Below, in pieces: positions 7,627 through 17,189 of a stretch of 64,000 bases of DNA. Within the stretch, counting starts at the first letter, position 1. Each line of letters starts with the position of its first letter. Origin of the DNA: Lentisphaerota bacterium (GTDB taxonomy: Bacteria > Verrucomicrobiota > Lentisphaeria > Victivallales > GWF2-38-69); contig JBAXXY010000001.1 in assembly GCA_037127655.1 (NCBI GenBank), positions 26,192 to 90,191 of the forward strand. The letters run 5' to 3'. The notes beneath the pieces were generated by a model that did not search any database, was not told the origin of the DNA, and saw nothing but the letters and a program-made list of their open reading frames with translations. The translations under genes and the position numbers were made by a program.

Positions 7627-10605
7627 ATGAATGTTTTTATCGTTCCTAAAATACAAGAGAATATAACAATTTCGCATCTGAAAGACACTATTAGAGGTGA
7701 ACTAAATCAGAACTCTGGTGATATCAAAATCATCAAAGTTTACTCTGTATTATCAGACTCATTGAGTAAAGAAGAAATTTTCGATTATTCTACGAAAGGG
7801 CTTGTTGATGGAATAGTTGAAAATATATACTTTGAGAACCTCAGTAATTTTCTATCTTATAAAAGTTATGTCTTAGTTTCAAAACTTCCAGGAGTGACCG
7901 ATGACGAAGGAGTATCTGCCGAAAAGGTCTTTACAGACATATCATTTGACGGAGAAAAGAGTTGTTTTATAAGAGTATTCTCTCACGAGCTCTATATTTT
8001 TGAGAACATAATTGACGCTGAATACTTGAAGAGATTTGGAGAAGCTTATCTTGGCAATCCACTGATCAATCACTTCGAATGCGGACTCTTTGATGGCAAA
8101 GTTTATTATGTCCCTGAAGTTATCATAAAGTCAGATTCAAAAATCGAAGAGATAAATCTCGAAGTTAGCGATTCTGAATTAATCAATATCTCAAAGCAAA
8201 GACTCCTATCTCTTGATCTTGATGAGATGAAAACAATCAAGGATTACTATCTAAATCAAGACACTTCAAAAATCAGAAATCATTTATGCCTCTCAAAACA
8301 GCCGACTGATATCGAACTTGAAATAATAGCCCAGACATGGTCAGAGCATTGCAAACACAAGGAATTTGGCGGAATAATCGAATTTCATAATAAAGACACT
8401 GGCGAGAAGATAGTCATAGATTCTCTCTTCAAAACTTATATCAGAGGCTCTACCGAGATAATTAGAGGCAGATTGGAAAAAGCCGGGAATAACTGGCTTA
8501 TTAAAATATTTTCAGACAATGCCGGCATCGTCCAAATAGATGACAAAAGGTCATTTGTCTGGAAAGTAGAAACTCACAATTCACCATCTGCTCTCGATCC
8601 TTACGGCGGGGCGATAACAGGGATACTTGGGGTCAATAGGGATGCCATGGGAACAGGAATTGGCGGGGCAAAAATGCTCTTTAATACAAATGTACTTTGT
8701 TTTGCTGAACCATCATATAGCAAAAAACTCTTAAAGGGTCAGCTTCATCCAAGTCGTATAATTTCGGGTGTGATAAAAGGCATTGAAGACGGAGGCAATA
8801 AATCAGGAATTCCAACCGTAAATGGAGCAATAGTCTTTGACGACAGGTTCGCAGGCAAACCGCTCGTTTACTGCGGGACAGGCGGAATCCTTCAGAGATA
8901 TTATAACGGCATTGACACTAGCGAAAAGAAAATAGATGCCGGAGATAGAATTGTAATGGCAGGTGGCAGAGTCGGCAAAGATGGAATCCATGGGGCAACT
9001 TTTTCGTCATGCGAGATAGATGAATTCTCACCGCAATCGGCAGTTCAGATAGGCAGCCCTATCACCCAGAAAATGCTCTGTGATTTTCTCGAGATAGCAT
9101 GCGTAAGAGGGCTTGTGAAATGCTCAACAGATAATGGGGCCGGAGGACTCTCATCTTCCATCGGGGAACTAGCGACAATCACAAATGGAGCCTATGTAGA
9201 GCTAAAAGATGTTCCTCTAAAATATTCGGGGCTGAAACCATGGGAAATCTTTGTTTCTGAGTCTCAGGAAAGAATGACTATAGTCGTCGAAAAATCTAAA
9301 ATGAAAGCTTTTATGGATCTGGCTCTCGAAATGGAAGTAGAATCTGTTGATATTGGACACTTCACCTCTTCCGGGTATCTTCATGTCTGCTATGACTCAA
9401 ATACCGTGGCCTATCTGTGTCTGGAATTTCTTCACAATGCCGTTCCGAGAAAATATCTCTTCGCTGAATGGGAGAATCCTAAGAAAGCATTTATTTCAGA
9501 AGTGATGTCTCCGATTCATGATTACAATGAGATTCTTCTTAAAATGATGGCTAAACCTAACATAGCATCTAAAGAATCTGTTATCAGGCGGTTTGACCAT
9601 GAAGTTAAAGGAAAGTCCATCATTAAACCATTAATGGGAAAGAAAGGTATTGCTCCGCAGGATGCCGCAGTAATGAGATTCGATCAGGAATCTTTTGCAG
9701 GTCTAGCAGTATCCAATGGCATCTGCCCGAAGTATGGAGATATTGATCCTTACGAAATGTCATCAGGAGCCTTTGATGAGGGAATCAGACAGATAATAGC
9801 TGTGGGCGGAAAACTTCCTGACATCGATGATAAAACCAATAGGTTCTGGTCTGTAAATGATAACTTCTGCGTCCCAAATTGCGTCTATGATCCAAATTCA
9901 AACCCTGATGGAAAACTGAAACTCGGAAAGCTAGTCAGAATGTGCCAGGCACTCTATGATATGTCAATCTTCTTCAATATCCCTATGACATCTGGCAAAG
10001 ACAGCATGAAGAATGATTTTGTGTCAGAAGGAGTTAAAATTTCCGCTCCCCCGACAATTCTCTATTCTATGACAGCCAAGATAGATGATATCAGAAACAC
10101 CATCACATCTGAATTCAAGAAAGCAGGAGATATAATCTACATCTTTGGGGAGACTTATGATGAACTTGGAGCATCTGAATATTTTGAATTGTCTAAACGA
10201 TATGGAAGCAATGTTCCGAAAGTCAGAAAAGAATACGCCAAAGATCTCTATCTTAAAGTAATGAAAGTATCAGAACTGTTAGCATCATGTCATGACATAT
10301 CCGACGGAGGATTGGCTTGCGCGTTGTCTGAATGCGCATTCGGCGGAAGTTTGGGCGCCGATATAAATACAACTTCATCTCTTTCCGACGAAGTTTTCCT
10401 TTTCGCTGAAAGCCATTCAAGATTCGTGGTGTCTGTAAGCCCTGAAAAATCTGCTCTGCTAGAAAAAGAAATGGGCTGTATGGCAACTAAGTTAGGAGTG
10501 GTTACAGATACTTATAAGCTCAAAATATCTATTGACAGCAGAAATTTAGTTAACCTTGATGTCGAAAAACTAGAAAACTCCTGGAGACATGGATTTGAAA
10601 TCTAA
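7627..10605 (+). CDS. purL: FGAM synthase subunit PurL with an N-terminal PurS-like extension
   Basis: The motif PTDIELEIIAQTWSEHCKHKEF lies near aa 230-247. In small PurL this motif lies around aa 40-50, as I recall. Also present: ETHNSPSALDPYGGA and GKDSMKN. The preceding region contains the PurS-like motif KLPGVTDDEG. At 992 aa the protein lacks a glutaminase domain, which is supplied by the separate purQ. Confidence 0.9.
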   Translation: MNVFIVPKIQENITISHLKDTIRGELNQNSGDIKIIKVYSVLSDSLSKEEIFDYSTKGLVDGIVENIYFENLSNFLSYKSYVLVSKLPGVTDDEGVSAEKVFTDISFDGEKSCFIRVFSHELYIFENIIDAEYLKRFGEAYLGNPLINHFECGLFDGKVYYVPEVIIKSDSKIEEINLEVSDSELINISKQRLLSLDLDEMKTIKDYYLNQDTSKIRNHLCLSKQPTDIELEIIAQTWSEHCKHKEFGGIIEFHNKDTGEKIVIDSLFKTYIRGSTEIIRGRLEKAGNNWLIKIFSDNAGIVQIDDKRSFVWKVETHNSPSALDPYGGAITGILGVNRDAMGTGIGGAKMLFNTNVLCFAEPSYSKKLLKGQLHPSRIISGVIKGIEDGGNKSGIPTVNGAIVFDDRFAGKPLVYCGTGGILQRYYNGIDTSEKKIDAGDRIVMAGGRVGKDGIHGATFSSCEIDEFSPQSAVQIGSPITQKMLCDFLEIACVRGLVKCSTDNGAGGLSSSIGELATITNGAYVELKDVPLKYSGLKPWEIFVSESQERMTIVVEKSKMKAFMDLALEMEVESVDIGHFTSSGYLHVCYDSNTVAYLCLEFLHNAVPRKYLFAEWENPKKAFISEVMSPIHDYNEILLKMMAKPNIASKESVIRRFDHEVKGKSIIKPLMGKKGIAPQDAAVMRFDQESFAGLAVSNGICPKYGDIDPYEMSSGAFDEGIRQIIAVGGKLPDIDDKTNRFWSVNDNFCVPNCVYDPNSNPDGKLKLGKLVRMCQALYDMSIFFNIPMTSGKDSMKNDFVSEGVKISAPPTILYSMTAKIDDIRNTITSEFKKAGDIIYIFGETYDELGASEYFELSKRYGSNVPKVRKEYAKDLYLKVMKVSELLASCHDISDGGLACALSECAFGGSLGADINTTSSLSDEVFLFAESHSRFVVSVSPEKSALLEKEMGCMATKLGVVTDTYKLKISIDSRNLVNLDVEKLENSWRHGFEI

Positions 10606-11383
10606 AATTAAATCTCTGATCATCACAGGATATGGGATAAATTGCGAAGAAGAACTTGCAAGCGCCTACAGACTATCCGAAGCAATATGCGATATCTCAC
10701 ATATTTCATCTATTTTATCAGGTGAAATTTCCATACATAACTATGATGTTCTTAACTTCCCAGGAGGTTTTTCATTTGGCGACAATCTAGGATCGGGAAA
10801 GGTATTGGCAAATAAAATATTTTATAGAAAGCTCTCTAACGGCAAGCCATTTACGACTGAAATAGACCGTTTTCTTGACGAAGGAAAATACATAATAGGT
10901 ATATGCAATGGTTTCCAGGCTTTAGTCAAAATGGGACTCTTACCTGCCATCAAAAACAGGTGGCTTCAAGAGGTATCCTTATTCAGAAATTCCAACTTTA
11001 GATTCATTGACAAATGGTGTAAACTAAAACTAGAAGACGAACAGCAAATAATATCTATGCCCATCAGACACGGCGAGGGCAGACTGATTATAAAGGATGA
11101 TGAAATCAAGCAGGAAATCATCAGAAGGAAATTGAATTTCATTTCCTACTACGGAGAAAATCCCAATGGTTCAGAGCTGAACTGCGCAGGTCTTACTGAT
11201 GTGACTGGACGAGTCATTGGGATGATGCCTCATCCTGAAGCATTTCTTTCTATGTATAATAATCCTGAATGGGGAACTTTTAAAAGGGATGAAACCCATC
11301 CGAAAGCAGATGGATTGGAGTTTATCCGAAAATTAGTCGCTAAAATTGAATTATCAGCAAACTATCATAATCCTAATAACTAA
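10589..11383 (+). CDS. purQ: FGAM synthase glutamine amidotransferase subunit
   Basis: Nucleophile elbow GICNGFQAL and the catalytic His/Glu in MMPHPEAF. 17-nt overlap with the purL stop. Confidence 0.9.
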   Translation: MDLKSKIKSLIITGYGINCEEELASAYRLSEAICDISHISSILSGEISIHNYDVLNFPGGFSFGDNLGSGKVLANKIFYRKLSNGKPFTTEIDRFLDEGKYIIGICNGFQALVKMGLLPAIKNRWLQEVSLFRNSNFRFIDKWCKLKLEDEQQIISMPIRHGEGRLIIKDDEIKQEIIRRKLNFISYYGENPNGSELNCAGLTDVTGRVIGMMPHPEAFLSMYNNPEWGTFKRDETHPKADGLEFIRKLVAKIELSANYHNPNN

Positions 11384-11399
11384 AAGGCGAGGCAAAGCT

Positions 11400-12791
11400 A
11401 TGGATTCTTTTAGAACTTTTTTTACTCCTCAACTAAAGAGAATATCAAAAGGAAAAGTCAGAGATAGCTACACAGTAGATAAAAAGAACCGCATGATTGT
11501 CGTTACAGATAGAATCTCAGCTTTTGATGTAGTTCTTGATTCTGCCATTCCAGGCAAGGGAGCGGTACTCAACGGCATGACTAATTTTTGGTTCGAAATG
11601 ACTAAGGATGTCATACCAAATCATTTCATAAAAGAAATTGATCCAAATATAAGCCTCGTAAAAACTGCTATGCCAATCAAACTTGAGATGGTGGTAAGAG
11701 GTTTTATAACAGGCTCAATGTGGAGAGGCTATGAAAAAGGTAAACGAGTATTCTCAGGCGTAAAAGTTGGCGAAGGACTTAAACAGAATATCAAACTTCA
11801 ATCTCCGATTTTAACTCCAACTACTAAATCAAAGAATGATGAGGAAATATCCAAAGAAGAGATACTTGCTCAAAAAATCATAGATAAAGAAACTTATGAA
11901 AAAATTGAATCAGCTGCTCTAGGCCTTTACTCAAAAGCATCTGACTACCTTATTTCTAAAGGGATCCTTCTGGTTGACACTAAATATGAATTTGGTATCA
12001 TTGATGGGAATTTGACGCTGATAGATGAAATTCATACACCTGATTCATCCAGGTATTGGGATGTTAAAGACTACGAAAGCGATCCAAAATCAGTCTATCA
12101 GATGGATAAGGAATATGTCAGGGCATGGCTTATCAGAGAAACTAGAAATGGAGTTATGCCGATTGTCTTAAGCGATGAAGTCATTAAGGAAACTTCAAAA
12201 CGCTACAGAGAAATTTACGAAAAAGTGACAGGTAAAAAGTTCACCGTGGATATTTCGGACTGCAAGAACAGGATGTACAGAAACTTATCAAAGTCAGGAT
12301 TGATCAAAGATGGCTATGTCTCAATAGTTATGGGTTCTGCTTCAGATAAAGATCATGCTCAAAAAATTCAATCTGTCATACAAAGATATGACATTATGTC
12401 CGAACTTAGGGTAGTCTCTGCTCACAAGAACGGAGAAAAAATTATTGATCTGGCCAGAGAGTACAATGACTCGATTGAACCGGGAGCTATAATTGCCATC
12501 GCAGGCAAATCCAATGGACTTGGAGGAGCGCTTGCATCCAACATGAACATCCCTGTGATCAACTGTCCAAAGTTCACTACTGAAGCTGATATGATAATTA
12601 ACATCAACTCTTCTTTAATGATGCCGTCGAAAGTTCCATCTGGTACAATCCTTGATCCTGAAAATGCGGCGCTGTTTGCGCTAAGAACTTTAAATATAAA
12701 CAGATTAAGAGAAACTTTTGATAGAGACATAGTTCAAATTAAGGATAAACTTTCTTTAGATGACATAAATCTTAAGGAACAAACGAATTAA
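11400..12791 (+). CDS. purCE: Bifunctional SAICAR synthetase (PurC) - class II AIR carboxylase (PurE) fusion
   Basis: N-terminal part: KGKVRDSYTV, VVTDRISAFDV, LVDTKYEFG (PurC). From about nt 12318: VSIVMGSASDKDHA, VVSAHKNGEK and IAGKSNGLGGALASNMNIPVINCP (PurE; the SAHK and SNGLG variants are typical of class II). The start was moved from the track's 11346 to the ATG at 11400, which removes the overlap with purQ. Confidence 0.85.
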   Translation: MDSFRTFFTPQLKRISKGKVRDSYTVDKKNRMIVVTDRISAFDVVLDSAIPGKGAVLNGMTNFWFEMTKDVIPNHFIKEIDPNISLVKTAMPIKLEMVVRGFITGSMWRGYEKGKRVFSGVKVGEGLKQNIKLQSPILTPTTKSKNDEEISKEEILAQKIIDKETYEKIESAALGLYSKASDYLISKGILLVDTKYEFGIIDGNLTLIDEIHTPDSSRYWDVKDYESDPKSVYQMDKEYVRAWLIRETRNGVMPIVLSDEVIKETSKRYREIYEKVTGKKFTVDISDCKNRMYRNLSKSGLIKDGYVSIVMGSASDKDHAQKIQSVIQRYDIMSELRVVSAHKNGEKIIDLAREYNDSIEPGAIIAIAGKSNGLGGALASNMNIPVINCPKFTTEADMIININSSLMMPSKVPSGTILDPENAALFALRTLNINRLRETFDRDIVQIKDKLSLDDINLKEQTN

Positions 12792-14620
12792 TGAATGTCT
12801 TAGTCATAGGCTCAGGAGCAAGAGAACATGCGCTGTCGTGGAAGCTTTCCCAAAGTGCAAAAGTAAAGACTGTTTATACTATTCCTGGCAATGGAGGGAT
12901 CACAAACTCGTTCCCTGATTTCAACCCATGCGACTTTGGCCAGGTTGAAGATTTTTGTGGAGAAAAAGGCATTAACCTGATTGTTGTTGGCCCTGAAAAT
13001 ATCCTTGCTGAAGGAATAGTTGATTACTTTGCGGGGTCTAAGATAAAAGTATTTGGCCCGTCTAAGACCGCATCCATGCTGGAATGCTCCAAAATTTTTG
13101 CCAAGGAGTTCATGTCCAAATACAAAATAGCTACAGCCAAATATTGTTCATTTGATCTCAATAATGGAGATAAAATACTTACTGATGCTTTGACATTTTG
13201 CAAAGAGCTTAAATACAACTGTGTAGTCAAATATGATGGACTTGCCGCAGGAAAAGGAGTCTTTATATGCTCCTCGATTGATGAAGTTAAAAGTGCAATC
13301 GCAAATATAGCCGGGAATTTCGGGACCAAGTTCCATATAGAAGAATTACTTAAAGGTGAAGAAGTTTCAATCATAGGCATCACCGACAGCAGAGACATAA
13401 GACTTTTCCTCCCATCTCAGGATCACAAACAAAGATTTGATGGAGATTTCGGACCAAATACTGGCGGAATGGGTGTAATTGCTCCTCTCGATTCTGTCAC
13501 CAAGCAAATATTGGGACGAATTTATGCTGAGATAGTAAGACCTACTCTTCATGGGATACAAACTGAATATTTTGATTACAAGGGATTTATTTATTTCGGC
13601 GTCATGCTAACTGAAGATGGTCCGAAATTACTTGAATACAATGTCAGGATGGGAGACCCTGAGGCATGTGTCCTGCTTCCATCATTAAAAAGTAACCTGT
13701 ATGATATAATAGAGGCTTCTCTTGCAGGCAAACTTAGAGAGCATGAATTCGAGTTTCACGAAGGATACTTTACAGATGTAGTCCTGGTTGCAGATGGATA
13801 CCCTGCCAAGTATCACAAAGGAAATAAAATAGAGATTAAAACTACTCAAGATTCAGATACTTTAATCTTTCATGCCGGTACAAAGTTAGTGGATAACCAT
13901 CTTGTTTCAAATGGCGGACGAGTGTTAAATATTGTGTCATCAGGCAAGACCCTAACTTCTTCTCTTATGAAAGTCTATAAAGCCATCAAAGCCATCAATT
14001 TTAAAGGAGCCTCTAAGCGGTGCGACATAGGCAGAAGAAACAAAACTCGTCTAGCTATACTTATTTCAGGAAGAGGAAGCAATATGGAAGCAATTATCAA
14101 GAATTGCTTGTATGATGATGGGATACTCCATGACTGTGCCTTTCCATCTGTCATAATATCCAATTGTCCGACAGCTAAAGGACTTGAGACAGCTGAAAGT
14201 TACGGGATAGACACTATTGCTATTGAGTCAAATAACAAAACTAGAGAGATATTTGAGGAGGAGTTAATTCGAGCTTTGGCCCCGTATAATCCTGACTTTA
14301 TCATCCTCGCAGGTTTTGATAGAATTCTTACAAGTCACTTCCTCAGTATCTACAAAGATAAAGTTATAAATATCCATCCGGCAGACACAAAGGAATATAA
14401 AGGACTGCATGGATACAAATGGGCTTTTGAAAACAAACTTAAGGAAACGCTTATTACTGTTCACTTCGTTGATGAAGGAATTGATACTGGCAAAGTCATA
14501 GCAAAGCAAAAAATTGATTTAAGTAAAGCAAAGTCTCTGGATGAAGTTGAAGAAATCGGCCTTAAGAATGAACACGAACTCTACAGTCAGGCCATCAGGA
14601 GCTTAATCAGACGGGATTAA
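12791..14620 (+). CDS. purDN: Bifunctional GAR synthetase (PurD) - GAR formyltransferase (PurN) fusion
   Basis: N-terminal part: MNVLVIGSGAREHAL, the ATP-grasp core and GGRVLNIV (PurD). From about aa 420: RLAILISGRGSNMEAI, INIHPAD..YKGLHG, HFVDEGIDTGKVIA (PurN Asn-His-Asp set). TAATG overlap with purCE. Confidence 0.9.
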   Translation: MNVLVIGSGAREHALSWKLSQSAKVKTVYTIPGNGGITNSFPDFNPCDFGQVEDFCGEKGINLIVVGPENILAEGIVDYFAGSKIKVFGPSKTASMLECSKIFAKEFMSKYKIATAKYCSFDLNNGDKILTDALTFCKELKYNCVVKYDGLAAGKGVFICSSIDEVKSAIANIAGNFGTKFHIEELLKGEEVSIIGITDSRDIRLFLPSQDHKQRFDGDFGPNTGGMGVIAPLDSVTKQILGRIYAEIVRPTLHGIQTEYFDYKGFIYFGVMLTEDGPKLLEYNVRMGDPEACVLLPSLKSNLYDIIEASLAGKLREHEFEFHEGYFTDVVLVADGYPAKYHKGNKIEIKTTQDSDTLIFHAGTKLVDNHLVSNGGRVLNIVSSGKTLTSSLMKVYKAIKAINFKGASKRCDIGRRNKTRLAILISGRGSNMEAIIKNCLYDDGILHDCAFPSVIISNCPTAKGLETAESYGIDTIAIESNNKTREIFEEELIRALAPYNPDFIILAGFDRILTSHFLSIYKDKVINIHPADTKEYKGLHGYKWAFENKLKETLITVHFVDEGIDTGKVIAKQKIDLSKAKSLDEVEEIGLKNEHELYSQAIRSLIRRD

Positions 14621-14622
14621 CT

Positions 14623-16092
14623 ATGTGCGGCATACTGGGAATAATCGGTTACGAAGATGTATCAAGAGATCTTATATATGGCCTTAACTGCATCCAGCAC
14701 AGAGGACAGGATTCAGCAGGGATAGTTACATTTCAAGACTCATTTAAAACCATGAAAGGGCTTGGGCTAGTTAACGATATTTTTAATATGAGCCATGTCG
14801 AAAGGCTTAAGGCAAACTATGGGCTTGGACATGTCCGCTATTCAACAATGGGAACTACCGAGGTTCTAAACGCCCAGCCAATTTCGGTGAACTACCCATT
14901 CGGATTGGCAATGGTCCACAACGGCAATGTTACAAACTATTCTGAACTCAGAAAAGCCATTTTAGAAGATAGCCAAAGTTTGCTTGAAACATCTAATGAT
15001 ATTGAAATAATTCTCTACACTCTTGCCTCTGAACTGGAGAAAAAGAACATCAAGCATCTTACTCCAAGTCAGCTTTTTGAAGCTGTCGAAATTACTCAGT
15101 CACGGCTGGAAGGCTCTTATGCCGCATTAGCTATAATTGCAAACAAAGGAATTGTGGGATTCAATGACCCAAGAGGTATTCGTCCGCTTGTTCTTGGTGA
15201 AAAAACCGTAAAAAAAGGCAAGATCTATGCTTTGGTTTCAGAATCAACATGCCTCGACTATTTGGGTTTCAAAAAGATAAAAGATCTCAAAGCTGGAGAG
15301 TGTGTATTTATAGATATAAATCTAAAAGTCCATTCTAAAATTCTTAACCACAAGCCCCCTGCTTTCTGCATATTTGAATACATTTATTTTGCCAGAGAAG
15401 ATTCAGTAATCTTTAATAGACTGGTTGCTAAAGAACGCGAAAATATGGGCAAACTTTTAGCTAAACAGATAAAGAAACTCAATTTGGATGCAGATATTGT
15501 TATAGATGTACCAAGTTCCTCATATTTCTTTGCCTCTGCTCTTGCTGAAGGTATCGGCATACCAATGAAACGAGCTTTAACTAAAAATAATTTTGTAGGA
15601 AGAAGCTTTATTCTTCCAAATCCTAAGGATAGAGAACACGCAGTATGCCAGAAACTTAACCCCATAAAAGAGTTTATAAATGGGAAAAAAGTGGCTGTTG
15701 TAGATGACTCAATTGTCCGCGGAACAACATCAAAGAAGATAACTTCCCTATTAAGAGAGGCCGGTGCAGAAAAAGTCTATTTCATTTCTGCGTCTCCACC
15801 AATCAAGTTCCCATGCGTTTACGGCGTAGATATGTCAATAAAAACTGAGCTCATAGCATCTAATGGAGCAGATAAAGTAGCTGAAGTCATTGGAGCAGAT
15901 AAAGTCATCTATCTTGATTTAGAGAGTCTTAAGGAGTTTTACAATAAGGCTGGTTTCTGCTACGCCTGTTTTGACGGCAAGTATCCTACAATGGTGCCAA
16001 AATCCCTGCTTAAAGAGATTGAGAAAGACAGAGAAAAGGCTAAGATATCAGACCGTACTGTCAGCCTATCTCAAGAACGCTTGGGTATTTAG
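14623..16092 (+). CDS. purF: Amidophosphoribosyltransferase
   Basis: N-terminal nucleophile MCGILGI, RGQDSAGI, PRTase loop VAVVDDSIVRGTTS, and cysteines PCVYG / CYAC consistent with the Fe-S type. Confidence 0.95.
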   Translation: MCGILGIIGYEDVSRDLIYGLNCIQHRGQDSAGIVTFQDSFKTMKGLGLVNDIFNMSHVERLKANYGLGHVRYSTMGTTEVLNAQPISVNYPFGLAMVHNGNVTNYSELRKAILEDSQSLLETSNDIEIILYTLASELEKKNIKHLTPSQLFEAVEITQSRLEGSYAALAIIANKGIVGFNDPRGIRPLVLGEKTVKKGKIYALVSESTCLDYLGFKKIKDLKAGECVFIDINLKVHSKILNHKPPAFCIFEYIYFAREDSVIFNRLVAKERENMGKLLAKQIKKLNLDADIVIDVPSSSYFFASALAEGIGIPMKRALTKNNFVGRSFILPNPKDREHAVCQKLNPIKEFINGKKVAVVDDSIVRGTTSKKITSLLREAGAEKVYFISASPPIKFPCVYGVDMSIKTELIASNGADKVAEVIGADKVIYLDLESLKEFYNKAGFCYACFDGKYPTMVPKSLLKEIEKDREKAKISDRTVSLSQERLGI

Positions 16093-17188
16093 TTAGATTC
16101 CTATGCCCATCGCTAGTGACTAATATCAAGTCCTCAAGGCGAGCTCCGCCCCACTCTGAATAATAAACGCCTGGTTCAATCGTTATTACATTGCCTGCTT
16201 CAAGGGGTTTGAACGAAATAGCATTAACCCTCGGATTTTCATGTATTTCTAAACCTACTCCATGCCCTAGTCCGTGAAAGAATCCGCAATATCTGCCGTC
16301 TTTATCCCTGCCTGTTTTGAATCCCATTTTCGATAAATCTTCAGTTGCTTCTTTGGCAATGACAGATGGAATTGCTTCTGGTTTAACTTTTGATATTGCA
16401 TTATCTCTGGCTGTTTTAACTGCGTTGTAGGCCAGCTTGAGCAATTCTGGCGCTTTGCCTTTGGTAAAAGTCCTAGTTATATCGCCCCAATATCCTGATG
16501 ATTCAAGTCTTGGGAAGATGTCAATAATAATCGGCACAGATTCACTTATTCCTCCTGATCCTGTATCATGAGGAATGGAACATTGAATTCCCGATGCTGC
16601 GATAGTTCCGTGAGTATGAGCCCCATATCTGACAAGCTCTATATTGATTTGGCTCTTCAGGAATTCAGATGTAAGAGTTTTTTTATCATAAACTAATTCG
16701 CCTTTTCGATTTATGGATGAGTCAGCCAGGATAGTCTCAGCTTTAGACATTGCCTTTTCGGCTATTGCCAAAGCCTTGGAAATTTCCTTTATTTCACTGC
16801 TGATCTTGATAGTTCTTTTAGGAAATAAATCGTCTTTCTCAATTAGAATGCTTCCAATATCTTTCAACATTTCCGCATATAGGACAGGAAAATTGTATGG
16901 TATGATCCATTTACTCTGCGAATAATTAGTTAAGATTGATTGAAAAAGAGCCTTCATTGACTTGTCTTTTGAATTAGCAAGCAGATCGTCTCTATTTATT
17001 ACAATTACTCCCTTCCTGGCTTCGCAATTTGCTCTCTCTAGCTCAAGAGATGAAACGACCATATACTTCTTCCTGTTAGACTCAAAATAGATAAAAGCAT
17101 CATGGCTCATAAAGCCAGTAGCATAGAGAATATCAGGATTAGTTATGGGATCAGCAAAAATGACTTTCCCTAATGCTGATTTAGCCAT
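16061..17188 (-). CDS. M24 family Xaa-Pro peptidase
   Basis: HGTIAASG, DIFPR..GYWGDITRT, HGLGHGVGLEIHENP, VITIEPGVY and ARLEDLILV form the metal-ligand pattern of the M24B pita-bread fold. Confidence 0.85.
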   Translation of the reverse strand: MAKSALGKVIFADPITNPDILYATGFMSHDAFIYFESNRKKYMVVSSLELERANCEARKGVIVINRDDLLANSKDKSMKALFQSILTNYSQSKWIIPYNFPVLYAEMLKDIGSILIEKDDLFPKRTIKISSEIKEISKALAIAEKAMSKAETILADSSINRKGELVYDKKTLTSEFLKSQINIELVRYGAHTHGTIAASGIQCSIPHDTGSGGISESVPIIIDIFPRLESSGYWGDITRTFTKGKAPELLKLAYNAVKTARDNAISKVKPEAIPSVIAKEATEDLSKMGFKTGRDKDGRYCGFFHGLGHGVGLEIHENPRVNAISFKPLEAGNVITIEPGVYYSEWGGARLEDLILVTSDGHRNLTKYPSVLEIG

Positions 17189-17189
17189 T

